54,757 nt of DNA from a virus (Duplodnaviria > Caudoviricetes), in the IMG/VR virus record IMGVR_UViG_3300015190_000002, positions 1 to 54,757 of that record; one strand, given 5' to 3'. Positions within the stretch are counted from its first letter, which is position 1; each line of letters begins with the position of its first letter. The notes under the pieces were generated by a model. It was given only the letters and a program-made list of their open reading frames with translations, ran no database searches and was not told where the DNA came from. Shown here in pieces: positions 18,672 to 27,570 of the stretch. Made by a program: the position numbers and the translations under genes.

Positions 18672-18689
18672 TTAGAACGCACGTTCTAA
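18672..18689. promoter_or_regulatory. LexA (SOS) box, GAAC-N4-GTTC type
   Basis: TTAGAACGCACGTTCTAA palindrome ~40 bp upstream of the recombinase ATG. Confidence 0.7.
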
Positions 18690-18726
18690 AAGAGTGAGGA
18701 ATCAAAGGGGTATGGGAGGCTTACCG

Positions 18727-19653
18727 ATGAACCTCATCGAAGGTGCAGAGTTCCATCAGCGCTGCCTGGAACGGCTCAATCGTTCGGCGATGACCCTGCG
18801 TCTGTATCGCATCTATCAGGATTCGTTTCTTACCTTTCTGCTCGAGCATCAGGTTGATCCCACACTCGACGCGTTGAACCCACAATTTGTGCGTGAGTGG
18901 CAAGCCTGGCTACGGAACAAGTCAACTGGTCGCCGTGGCGGCGTCGTTACCGAGAAGCAAGGCGTCATGACGCTCAAGACGTGGGGCCGGTTTCTCTGGG
19001 AGAACGACGTATACGCCTTCGATCCGCTTGGACGTCTCAAGGTGCCGCGGGTGCAGAAAATACACCGCAAGCCGTTCACCGAGGAGGAAGCACGCCGCCT
19101 CGTTCAGGCAGTTGCCAGTGGTGTCAACCCCATTCGTGACCGAGCCATGCTGCTGCTCCTGCTGGATACCGGCTGTCGCGTGGGCGAGCTGTGTGCGGCC
19201 ACCGTTGCTGATGTCGACCTTGTAGAAGGTTCGATCACGTTCCGTCGTACCAAAAACGGGAGCCCGCGGAAGGTTACGTTCCGCGTAGCCGCCCGCCGTG
19301 ATGGCGGGCCGTCGATGTCAGCACTGCGGAACTGGCTGAAGGTTCGTGAAGCACGCTCCGGCGTCGAGGCCCTGTTCGTTACCCGCGAACGGTTGCCGCT
19401 CTCGACCAGGCGCGTACGCGAGATTTTCAAGGAGCTCGGCGAGAACGCTCGCGTGCCGAATTCTCACCCTCACCGCTGCCGCCACACCAGTGCAAGTCAG
19501 TACCTCGAACAACGACCTGGCGCAGAGCTCCAGTTGCGCTCGAGGTTGGGCCACGTCGCAAAAGACGTGTTGGCCGACTACATAACGTGGTCCGACAAAG
19601 CCCAAGCAGACGCCGCCGACCAGGCGAGCCTATCTCTGAGGTGGAACCTTTGA
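18727..19653 (+). CDS. Tyrosine recombinase/integrase (XerC/D-like)
   Basis: DRAMLLLLLDTGCRVGEL, TKNG, HRCRH, LGH...Y catalytic residues; GGAGG RBS before ATG 18727. Confidence 0.92.
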   Translation: MNLIEGAEFHQRCLERLNRSAMTLRLYRIYQDSFLTFLLEHQVDPTLDALNPQFVREWQAWLRNKSTGRRGGVVTEKQGVMTLKTWGRFLWENDVYAFDPLGRLKVPRVQKIHRKPFTEEEARRLVQAVASGVNPIRDRAMLLLLLDTGCRVGELCAATVADVDLVEGSITFRRTKNGSPRKVTFRVAARRDGGPSMSALRNWLKVREARSGVEALFVTRERLPLSTRRVREIFKELGENARVPNSHPHRCRHTSASQYLEQRPGAELQLRSRLGHVAKDVLADYITWSDKAQADAADQASLSLRWNL

Positions 19654-20627
19654 CGACCGAACTGTTGATCCCTGCTACCCTGAGCCCTTCTATGTCAAAG
19701 TCGAACGCGCGACTTCTGACCGATCAGGAGATAGCCGAGCTCGGGCCGCCTGAAGCAGTGCGGCTCCCGCTCGATCTGGTTGACCCGAACCCGCAGAACC
19801 CACGCGAAGAACTGCTCGAGGTCGACGTGCTGGCCGACAACATTCGTTCGTTCGGTCTGCTTCAGCCGGTCACGGTCAGGCGCGCTGGTGAACGATACGA
19901 GCTCATCGGCGGCCACCGTCGGCGGGCGGCGTTTACTGTGCTCCGGGAACGATTCCCTGAAGACGTCCAGTGGCGCACCATCCCCGCCGTAGTACGAACC
20001 GAGCAGGACGACGACCGCGCATTCCTGATGCTGCTGTCTTCCCAGCTCCACAGCCGCGCTTGGCGCCCACGCGAGGAAGCCGCGGCCCTGGAACGGCTCG
20101 TGATCGGCGGCCGGAACCTGCAACAGATAGGCGAAGCGCTCAATCGCAACGAGTCGTGGGCGAGCAAAAGACTAAGGGTTTACGCCGACAGCGTCCTGTC
20201 TGGCTTCGTCCAGGCCGGTCAAATTCCCGCCTCCGTTGCCGAGGAGCTGTTGGTCGTCCTCGACGTGGACACAAAACGCGACCTGGCCGAGCGAGCCGTA
20301 GCCGAAAAATGGAGTCAGGATCAGGTTCGCGGCCAGGTCCGGGCTCTGCGCCTCGACAAGCAGATTCGTGACATCGCCCGGCGCGCACGCGAACTGCTGG
20401 TCCTGCTTTCGAGCATTGACCCGAGCCGGCTCCCCGACGACGCCGCGGTCGACCTGAACCTGCTACGTCGCCGTATCGTTGCCCTGAGCCGTGCGCCGGT
20501 CATTCCGTCGATCGAGTCGGCTATGGCCGAGGCGAACGTCCGAACGCAGGAGCCCACACGCCGCAGCGGAAAGACGCGTCGACCTCGTCCAGCCGGCTAC
20601 GTGTCAGGAGTCAAGGGGCCGACGTAA
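19650..20627 (+). CDS. parB: ParB/Spo0J-like protein
   Basis: PNPQNPR, GLLQPVTVR, YELIGGHRR, downstream HTH (QQIGEALNRNESWASKRL); TTGA overlap with recombinase stop; start could be ATG 19692. Confidence 0.85.
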   Translation: MTTELLIPATLSPSMSKSNARLLTDQEIAELGPPEAVRLPLDLVDPNPQNPREELLEVDVLADNIRSFGLLQPVTVRRAGERYELIGGHRRRAAFTVLRERFPEDVQWRTIPAVVRTEQDDDRAFLMLLSSQLHSRAWRPREEAAALERLVIGGRNLQQIGEALNRNESWASKRLRVYADSVLSGFVQAGQIPASVAEELLVVLDVDTKRDLAERAVAEKWSQDQVRGQVRALRLDKQIRDIARRARELLVLLSSIDPSRLPDDAAVDLNLLRRRIVALSRAPVIPSIESAMAEANVRTQEPTRRSGKTRRPRPAGYVSGVKGPT

Positions 20628-20655
20628 ACTCGTGGAGGACGAGGCTGTCTGCTCC

Positions 20656-20952
20656 ATGAGCCGTGCCACAGAAGTGCGGGAGCTGGGCGAGTGGAACTGG
20701 TGGTACGCCCGACCCTACAACGTCCTGCACGCCGCTACGGTCGAATACGACCCGCTGTACGACACCGCGGGCGACGGGGTTACCGCCTGCGGCTGGAGGA
20801 CCCGCCTGGCGATCCCCGGTATCTTCTCGCGCATGAGCATGCGCCGCTGCGCTCACTGCTGCCGCCGCCTCGGCTACCCGCAAGGTGTCGGGAGCCCGAA
20901 GAACGACGAGGCCTGCCGCGCCCTTGTAGAACAACGCCTTAGCCATGGGTGA
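20656..20952 (+). CDS. Small Cys/His-rich hypothetical protein
   Basis: LHA...TACG...RCAHC; follows ParB. Confidence 0.5.
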   Translation: MSRATEVRELGEWNWWYARPYNVLHAATVEYDPLYDTAGDGVTACGWRTRLAIPGIFSRMSMRRCAHCCRRLGYPQGVGSPKNDEACRALVEQRLSHG

Positions 20953-22621
20953 CACCGTTACGCTCAGCTGCCCAGCGGTCACGCGAGTTGTCGCCACGAG
21001 TCTGCGGTGTCAGATGGGTCAGGTCACTACAGTCACGGAAACACGAGTCTCGGTGCCCAAGCGTCAGTTTCTTGCCCGTCACCGGATCTCGCCCAATGTC
21101 GCCGTACGCCTGCTTCCACCGCCACCGATGCACGAGCTCTGACTTTTCGTCTTCCTCGAGATAGATGTACCCGTAGCCTTTCGCATCGTGCTTGCCCCGC
21201 CAGCGTAGACAGCCTCGCTCCCGAAATGTCTTCTCCAAGTACGTCTGCATGTTCGTACTCGGCGGCGGTAACGCGGGCAACACCTCCCTCACACGTTCAA
21301 TCGGCACCACCACTATCCGGCGTCTCCCCCCCCAGTCTCCCGGCGCGTCTCCCCTGCTCTCAATTAGATTGGTCACCCCCCGGTAGACACCATTCCTGGG
21401 CTTCGGGAACCGCACCAGCCGCCGAATCTTGCCGTGCGCTACCCAGGCCGTGAAGTCGGCCATGTTGGCCGGGTCGAGTTTCCGATAGTCCAGCCCGAGC
21501 CGGTCCGCGGCGACCCTCTGAAGACTCTTCAGCTCCTGGGCGAAGTACACCCGCGTGGCCGTGTTCGCGCTGATCGCCTCGTCCAGATCTGACTCGGCCT
21601 GCGTCAACGTGTCCACCGCGATCCTGCGGCGGCGTCCTGCGCGGAAGAACGGGTCGGCCAGGTCGATACGCTCCCCGAGCTGCCCGGCTTCCTCGAAGAT
21701 CAGGCGGAATCCTTGCGGTACCAGGCTGGCGCAGCGCTTCGCCTCAGCCAGCCCGAGCGCTACCACGTCGCCGCCTAGACTCGGGTGGTCGAAGCTGTCG
21801 TTGTCGAGCAGCACGGTCTTGCCCTGATTCAACAGGTCGGCCAGGTCGAGGCCGTCCGTGCCGATGCTCGAGCCGAACTGATCGGCCAGGTCGAGAAAGC
21901 GGCTCACCCAACCGGCGCACACTACCTTGAGCTCGCGGTCGGACTGCACCATCTCTTGCAACAGTTCGCCGATAGCCTGCAAAGAGCGTGGCTCACCCCG
22001 CGCGTCGAGGCGGCGGATCACCTCGGCCGTGGCACGTCGGGCCGCGCGCTTCCAGGCGCCAACACCACCCGAACGGAACACTTCGGTCAGTCGCTCGGCT
22101 ACCTCGGTCGGCTCCCCGAGCAGGAAGTTGAAGGGCACACGCGACACGCAGGCCGTCCAGACGACGCCACCCAAGCGCAGCACGGCATCGCGCATCGGGT
22201 CAGACACGTCGGGCGTGACGATAAGCGTGGGCCGTTCCCCGTTGACGCGCACCGTGGCGACACTGGCCGACTTGCCGCCGCCCGTGGGCCCGGACCAGAG
22301 GCAATGCGGCTTGCGCGATCGGTCGACGACCAGACCGTCGATACGCATCAGGTCATGCGGCCTGCGTACCTTCCACCAGAGCCTGCGCCAGAGCGGCGTG
22401 TTGACGGCACGCGGCACGTCGTCGTCGACAGCTCGACGGTCAACCATCACAGGTGAGCGAGTTGCCCGCCAGAACACCAGCAACGCAAATGGGACGACGA
22501 TCGCTAGCCACAACTGATCCTGAGATAATTCCCAGGGAGTTGGGTCAGGCAGGGTCGGGAGAAACGTGCGCCAGGTTGACGCACTTGCCAGGAAGCTGTC
22601 GATTCCCTCGTCCGGGATCAC
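20939..22621 (-). CDS. VirD4/TraD-like type IV coupling ATPase with C-terminal HNH (His-Me finger) domain
   Basis: N-terminal TM; Walker A GPTGGGKS; FNFL; Walker B LIFEEAG, GRRR...TQ...N; C-terminal CLRWRG..DAKGYG...VHRW.W...G...H...C..C..HL...T...N. Confidence 0.8.
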   Translation of the reverse strand: MIPDEGIDSFLASASTWRTFLPTLPDPTPWELSQDQLWLAIVVPFALLVFWRATRSPVMVDRRAVDDDVPRAVNTPLWRRLWWKVRRPHDLMRIDGLVVDRSRKPHCLWSGPTGGGKSASVATVRVNGERPTLIVTPDVSDPMRDAVLRLGGVVWTACVSRVPFNFLLGEPTEVAERLTEVFRSGGVGAWKRAARRATAEVIRRLDARGEPRSLQAIGELLQEMVQSDRELKVVCAGWVSRFLDLADQFGSSIGTDGLDLADLLNQGKTVLLDNDSFDHPSLGGDVVALGLAEAKRCASLVPQGFRLIFEEAGQLGERIDLADPFFRAGRRRRIAVDTLTQAESDLDEAISANTATRVYFAQELKSLQRVAADRLGLDYRKLDPANMADFTAWVAHGKIRRLVRFPKPRNGVYRGVTNLIESRGDAPGDWGGRRRIVVVPIERVREVLPALPPPSTNMQTYLEKTFRERGCLRWRGKHDAKGYGYIYLEEDEKSELVHRWRWKQAYGDIGRDPVTGKKLTLGHRDSCFRDCSDLTHLTPQTRGDNSRDRWAAERNGVTHG

Positions 22622-24945
22622 CGGACGAGGGAGCTGGCTAGAAGCCCAGGCGCCTCGCCGTCCAGCGCAACGTCAGGATCGTTGCCAGTACCGCCATCAA
22701 CGACGGGCCAACCGGCAGGTTGGTTAGCCAGAGCAGCAGATTCAAGCCTTCCATCAGGTAACCCCTTTCGCTCAGCATACCCCCCACCATCCGTGTGCGC
22801 CATCTCGAATTCTTCAGGGGAGTAATCAACGCGAAACGCGACCCGGTGCAGTCCAGCCACCAGCATGGCATCACCGGGTCCGAACCGTTCAATGACCGCG
22901 ATCTGCTCAGGCGTCCAGCGTAGCCGTGCCGATACGTCGCTGATCTCGGCAGGAAACTGCATTCCGTACCACTGGGAGGCGCACTGTGATTGCACCGTCT
23001 TGCCGAGCGCTGAGTCGAGCGCGTCCATCGGTCGTTGCGTCATAAAGAACGACGCTAACTTGATGTGCCGCCCGCGCCGTACGAGGTCTTCTGCTTCGTC
23101 GGCCGCCTCGGCGTCATCCTGAAACGACCACATCTCATCCAGTGCGAACGCGCGCTGCGCCTCATACTCCGCTGCGCGAGCGAACACCGCGCGCTTGAAT
23201 GCTGCCATCGCCTTGCAGCGAGCGAACTTCGAGAGCTCGGCGATGTTGAGCACGATAGCCGGCGGCAGTTTTCTATAGGGGATGTCCCGAAGCGCAACCG
23301 CCAGATCCATCTCCCACGAATCGCGGTGCAGCTTGCGAATCTCGCCACCGACATATCTAGCCCAGCGTCCGTACTCGCCGTCCTTCGATTCCTCAGCCTG
23401 GTCGACCATGAAGCATTCGCGTAGCACGCCCGCGAACAACGCCCGCGACGTCCATACCTTGACACCGAACCCTTTGCCGCCGCCGCTGGCCGCGTACACG
23501 GCCACGTTCGGATTCGGTAGCTGCGGTCGGCGAAACGGCGTCCAGGCGATGCGACGGTTGCCGTACAGCGTGCGGCCCCACGGCACGGCTCCCTGCAAGC
23601 CAAGCTCGCTGGCCGACCACGGGTAGGCGCGACTCAAGCTCGAGGTATCCAATCGGTGCGACCGCTTGAGCAGTTGGCCCCCAAGTGTCGCTGAGCACGC
23701 CAGCACGCCTTCGGTGTGCTCCCACCGCAGCGGGCCCGCCTGACCGCCGAACTCGCCGACGATCTGCTCCACTCGGCGTCGACGCATCGTGAGCTGGGGC
23801 CGAGTGCTCGCACGTACGAGGTAAAGCATCTCCACCTCGAACACACGCTCCTCATTCCGCTCGAGTGAGTTGAGCGTGTCGTCCAGTTGTTCAATAGCAA
23901 CCTTGCGCTGGCGCGTCTCGGACGTCGTCGTGAGCCGTTGTAAGCGCATCTCAAGATCGCGGCGCACCTTCAGCATGTCTAGGGGCTTGATGATCTGAAC
24001 CACGTCGACCGGTTGCGAACCGTCGTACAGCGAGGACATGAAGTCGGTGGTGACCGACGACGGCCAGCGCTGGTGAGCGATCGTGCTCATCCATTCGCCG
24101 TCTGCATGCAGACCGTCCGATTCGACTCTGATGGTGCTAGGACCGATACGCTTACCCCGTCGCGGCTTCGACGTCCAGCCAGAATGAATCGTGTCGGCCA
24201 GGTCGTCATCCTCGAGCCTGCGGCCAGGCAGGCTCGCGCGAGCCAACGCGCCGTCGATATCTTCGGCGTAGCGCGTGAGTTGGTCGTCATCGTCAGCGCT
24301 GATGCTGAGCAGTCGGCGTCGTTCGACTTCACCACCTGCCGCCGTACTGGCCCGAAGGTAGCCGGCAACGATTGACCCATTTCGGTTGGGATGCTCGCTC
24401 ATCGCTTTCAGCGTCGCGTTCAAGTCGACAGGCACGGCGCGTATCGTGGTCTGGATCGGACAGGGCAGGCCGTCGAGAAACGCCGCCCAGCGGGCGCGCT
24501 CAACGGATCGCGCTGCGTCAGATGCCATCCGCATACTTACGCTGGGCATCTCCCAGATAGCAATGCTCTTACCGTGTGCGCGCGCGATGTTGCGCTCCAC
24601 AGTCGGATGCCCAAGCAGCTCATCTATTTCCTTCGGCCCGAGCAACCGTGACGACGCACGATACTTCGCCCAGGAGATCAGGCCGTGCTCCACGGGCGGC
24701 GACAGTGGCAATGCCATAATCGCAGCGCCCACAACCGGCGCAGCCCAGGCAACGGCAGTGCTGAGCGGTAGAAACGCGGGGTCAATTGCGCTCCCGAGCG
24801 CCGGTCCTACCGCAGGCACTAGCATCCCAGCCGCGGGACCGATGAACACCCCGCTTGAGAAGAGCAGCGTCCACTGCCGAATCGTCCACGCGCCCAAGCC
24901 GTCGGCGGTGTCCAGGTGCGTCGGGACAGGGTGGCGGTCAACCAT
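22618..24945 (-). CDS. PrgI(VirB3-like)-VirB4 fusion conjugation ATPase
   Basis: N-terminal VPTHLD..D..G.WTIRQ plus 2 TMs (PrgI-like); NPN..V.AASGGGKG Walker A; FALDEMW; RRGRH....F.TQRP.D. Confidence 0.85.
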   Translation of the reverse strand: MVDRHPVPTHLDTADGLGAWTIRQWTLLFSSGVFIGPAAGMLVPAVGPALGSAIDPAFLPLSTAVAWAAPVVGAAIMALPLSPPVEHGLISWAKYRASSRLLGPKEIDELLGHPTVERNIARAHGKSIAIWEMPSVSMRMASDAARSVERARWAAFLDGLPCPIQTTIRAVPVDLNATLKAMSEHPNRNGSIVAGYLRASTAAGGEVERRRLLSISADDDDQLTRYAEDIDGALARASLPGRRLEDDDLADTIHSGWTSKPRRGKRIGPSTIRVESDGLHADGEWMSTIAHQRWPSSVTTDFMSSLYDGSQPVDVVQIIKPLDMLKVRRDLEMRLQRLTTTSETRQRKVAIEQLDDTLNSLERNEERVFEVEMLYLVRASTRPQLTMRRRRVEQIVGEFGGQAGPLRWEHTEGVLACSATLGGQLLKRSHRLDTSSLSRAYPWSASELGLQGAVPWGRTLYGNRRIAWTPFRRPQLPNPNVAVYAASGGGKGFGVKVWTSRALFAGVLRECFMVDQAEESKDGEYGRWARYVGGEIRKLHRDSWEMDLAVALRDIPYRKLPPAIVLNIAELSKFARCKAMAAFKRAVFARAAEYEAQRAFALDEMWSFQDDAEAADEAEDLVRRGRHIKLASFFMTQRPMDALDSALGKTVQSQCASQWYGMQFPAEISDVSARLRWTPEQIAVIERFGPGDAMLVAGLHRVAFRVDYSPEEFEMAHTDGGGYAERKGLPDGRLESAALANQPAGWPVVDGGTGNDPDVALDGEAPGLLASSLVR

Positions 24946-25206
24946 CTAGCCGCCCGTCGCACCGCCAAGCGCAAAGATTTTCTGGGCGCCAGACACGATC
25001 ACCTTGGCACCGCCAGAGAGCAAGAAGCCCCAGAAGATCGTCGTGAACCAGCCGCGGACGTGCTGCTGGACACCACGCCCGCCAATGTTCGTGAGAATGA
25101 TGAGCCCGGCGATCACCGTTATTAGCAGTGCTACTCCGAATACCGCACCAGCAAGATCGTTTGCCAGTGTGAGCGCCGCCGCTCCGATTGGTGCTCCAAT
25201 ACCCAT
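24946..25206 (-). CDS. Pilin-like (VirB2/TrbC-like) small membrane protein
   Basis: 86 aa, two hydrophobic helices separated by a short basic loop, immediately upstream of VirB3/4. Confidence 0.6.
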   Translation of the reverse strand: MGIGAPIGAAALTLANDLAGAVFGVALLITVIAGLIILTNIGGRGVQQHVRGWFTTIFWGFLLSGGAKVIVSGAQKIFALGGATGG

Positions 25207-25222
25207 AACCCTGATCCTCCTC

Positions 25223-26083
25223 CTAGACGAACCGTCCGCGCGCGACGCCGACTGTGGACTTGACGACTCCCATCAATCCGCCGCCCTTGATATCGGCCAG
25301 CCACGTAGCCATGTCGTAAGCCAGTAACAAGACACCTACGCCGAGTGCGATGCCTCCCCATGTTGAGCCGCTCGGCCCGGCTATAGCGGCCGCGAGCCGC
25401 AAGCAGATCACCACGAGCACCTGGCCGACCAGAAGCCCGATAAAAGTTGTCGTCCACCTCCGTGCATACGGCTGGCCGCCAGGCAACACCCAGCACATCA
25501 TCGCTAGCGGGCCGAGAATCAAGAGCACGTCCAGATACACAAGCCGATAGGCCATCCTCCAGAGAAGCCTGAAGCCGAGCACGATCCACACGATGAGCAG
25601 GACCAGGCGCGTGATCGGGTCCATGTCACCGCCAGGTACGCTCGGTAGTGGCGCGCCGATTATCGCCCCGTCAATTGTGTTGATTAGGTCGATCGAAAAG
25701 ATGTAAACGCGCGGGATGCTGAGCACCAGCAGAACCCCGAGAAACATGCGGGCGGCGTACTCGCCAGGTGCCCACGACCAGCCAAAGTATTCACGTCCGA
25801 GCGCGGCCAATCCCGCCAGCACACAACTGAGCGTGATGACACCAAACACCGCCGGCTCCCAAGATTTGTACAGGTCGGCTACGGCGCCCAGGTTGTAGGT
25901 CATCTCAGGCGGGGTACGAGTGATGAACTGGATCGGCGACGAGTTGGTGGTCGAGGCAATCGACTCCCATACGGCGTTGCTGCGGCCGGTCAGGAGCTCA
26001 GCCAGCCCGTTGAGCACGGCCGTAACAATGGGTACGACACTATCGAGCAGCCACCGCGTGAGCGCACTCGTGTCAGTGAGCAT
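25223..26083 (-). CDS. VirB6/TrbL-like polytopic conjugation membrane protein
   Basis: 5-6 TMs; R...LDVLLILGPLAMMCWVLP...ARRW...F...Q pattern typical of TrbL/VirB6. Confidence 0.8.
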   Translation of the reverse strand: MLTDTSALTRWLLDSVVPIVTAVLNGLAELLTGRSNAVWESIASTTNSSPIQFITRTPPEMTYNLGAVADLYKSWEPAVFGVITLSCVLAGLAALGREYFGWSWAPGEYAARMFLGVLLVLSIPRVYIFSIDLINTIDGAIIGAPLPSVPGGDMDPITRLVLLIVWIVLGFRLLWRMAYRLVYLDVLLILGPLAMMCWVLPGGQPYARRWTTTFIGLLVGQVLVVICLRLAAAIAGPSGSTWGGIALGVGVLLLAYDMATWLADIKGGGLMGVVKSTVGVARGRFV

Positions 26084-26781
26084 CAGCTTGGCGTTCCTGG
26101 CTTGGGTGCTGATGGCGGGGACGTGTCGGCAAAGATGGCCGCTCGCACGTTTCCACGGCTGATAGCCATGCCGTTTATCTGTCCCGCGGTCATCCAGTCG
26201 GAGCCGCCGCGGAGGTCTGTGCCGCTGGTGCCGACGCGGTACACGGGGATGCCGTTCACGTTGGTTCTCACCCCATCCACGAAGTAGTAATGGCCGGGTG
26301 TGTCGAGGATGACCGGCCGACCCGCCGCGGCCTCAGCCGTGACATTGGCCCAGTTGATCGGCTCGAGTCGGCTAGGTAGATTGAGTCTGGCGAGCAACTG
26401 CTGCTCGGCGGCTACGCCGTACATGCCCGAGTTGGCGTCCCACAGTCCGCGAGTCGCTACGCTCATGACCTGGCCGATGGACAGATCCACTCCCCACCAG
26501 CGGCCAAAAGCAATGGCGGCAGCCGGGCCGCACGCGGCATAGGCGTCAATTGGGTTGAGCCCAAGTGCGAACTGCGACGGTCGGCCACCACCAAGAGATA
26601 AGCCCGGTGCAGCCGGGATGGTGGCGACAGGGCCGATGAATGCAGAGCCACCGTCAAGTACCTGGGGCGACGCCGCAGGCGCAATGATGAGCAGCGGCAA
26701 GAGGATAGGCAGAATCGTCATGCCGGCACTGACGGCAACGACGATCACCACCATGACGATCACGATGCCGACAATTACCAT
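26083..26781 (-). CDS. Membrane-anchored C39-like cysteine peptidase (putative cell-wall hydrolase, VirB1 analogue)
   Basis: N-terminal TM; SQF...ACGPAAA catalytic Cys; GRPVIL...GHYYFVDG catalytic His. Confidence 0.7.
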   Translation of the reverse strand: MVIVGIVIVMVVIVVAVSAGMTILPILLPLLIIAPAASPQVLDGGSAFIGPVATIPAAPGLSLGGGRPSQFALGLNPIDAYAACGPAAAIAFGRWWGVDLSIGQVMSVATRGLWDANSGMYGVAAEQQLLARLNLPSRLEPINWANVTAEAAAGRPVILDTPGHYYFVDGVRTNVNGIPVYRVGTSGTDLRGGSDWMTAGQINGMAISRGNVRAAIFADTSPPSAPKPGTPS

Positions 26782-27569
26782 CAGGCGGTAGCCCCGGTCG
26801 GCTGCAAGCGGCTCGGTTCAACCGAACGAATATCGAGCATGCCGTCAGGCAATGGCGGCCCAGGCGTGGCAGGCTTCGGCGGCTTCAGAGGAACGACAGG
26901 CGCAGGCTCGGCAACAGCGACCGGCATAGCCGTCGGTGTTCGAGTCGGCATGATGGTTGGTCGCACCGTTGGCGTCGAAGTTGGCCGTACGGTCGGTGTG
27001 TTTGTCGGAGATGCTGTAGCGGTCACCGTGGGGGTAGGAAATGGCGTTGCCGTGTTGGTCGGCGCCGCGGTGGGAGCACTGGTCGGCAATTCGGGAGCAG
27101 GCATATAGATGATCTGCGGCGGCGGCGCGGGCGCCTGCTGAATGACCGTGATAATCACGGGCGTCTGAGTAGGCGCCAGAGTAGGAATCTGGGTAGGCTC
27201 AGGTGTCGGCGTCTCGGTCGGCTGCTCAATTGGACACGGCACGGGTGCGCCGTTCTCATCGAACACGATCCCGTTCTCATCGGTGAACCAGCACGGCTCG
27301 GGGATCGAGGTCGCTAGGGGGGTAGCAGCCGGTACCTCTGGAGCAGCTGTGGGGGTAACCGTCGGCGTCGGCGAGGGCGTCCATGTCGGCGTCAGCGTTG
27401 ATGTCAGCGTTGGTGTCTCGGTTGGACACTCGGGCCGTCGCTGCGCCCGGCAATTCGCTAACTCGTCGAGCGCATGCTGTGTCGCCGTCGCCGAAGCGCC
27501 TGCGGACTCGGCGCGCGCCGTACCTGGCAGGCTCAGCAGCAGTACGGCTGCACCCACCAGGAGCCGCAC
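26781..27569 (-). CDS. Secreted Pro/Thr-rich protein
   Basis: Signal peptide ending ARA; two Cys pairs; extensive TPT repeats. Confidence 0.7.
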   Translation of the reverse strand: MRLLVGAAVLLLSLPGTARAESAGASATATQHALDELANCRAQRRPECPTETPTLTSTLTPTWTPSPTPTVTPTAAPEVPAATPLATSIPEPCWFTDENGIVFDENGAPVPCPIEQPTETPTPEPTQIPTLAPTQTPVIITVIQQAPAPPPQIIYMPAPELPTSAPTAAPTNTATPFPTPTVTATASPTNTPTVRPTSTPTVRPTIMPTRTPTAMPVAVAEPAPVVPLKPPKPATPGPPLPDGMLDIRSVEPSRLQPTGATA

Positions 27570-27570
27570 G

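Noticed and set aside
18597-18726. attP core
   Set aside because: No tRNA-like segment or recognisable core; cannot be defined without host sequence.
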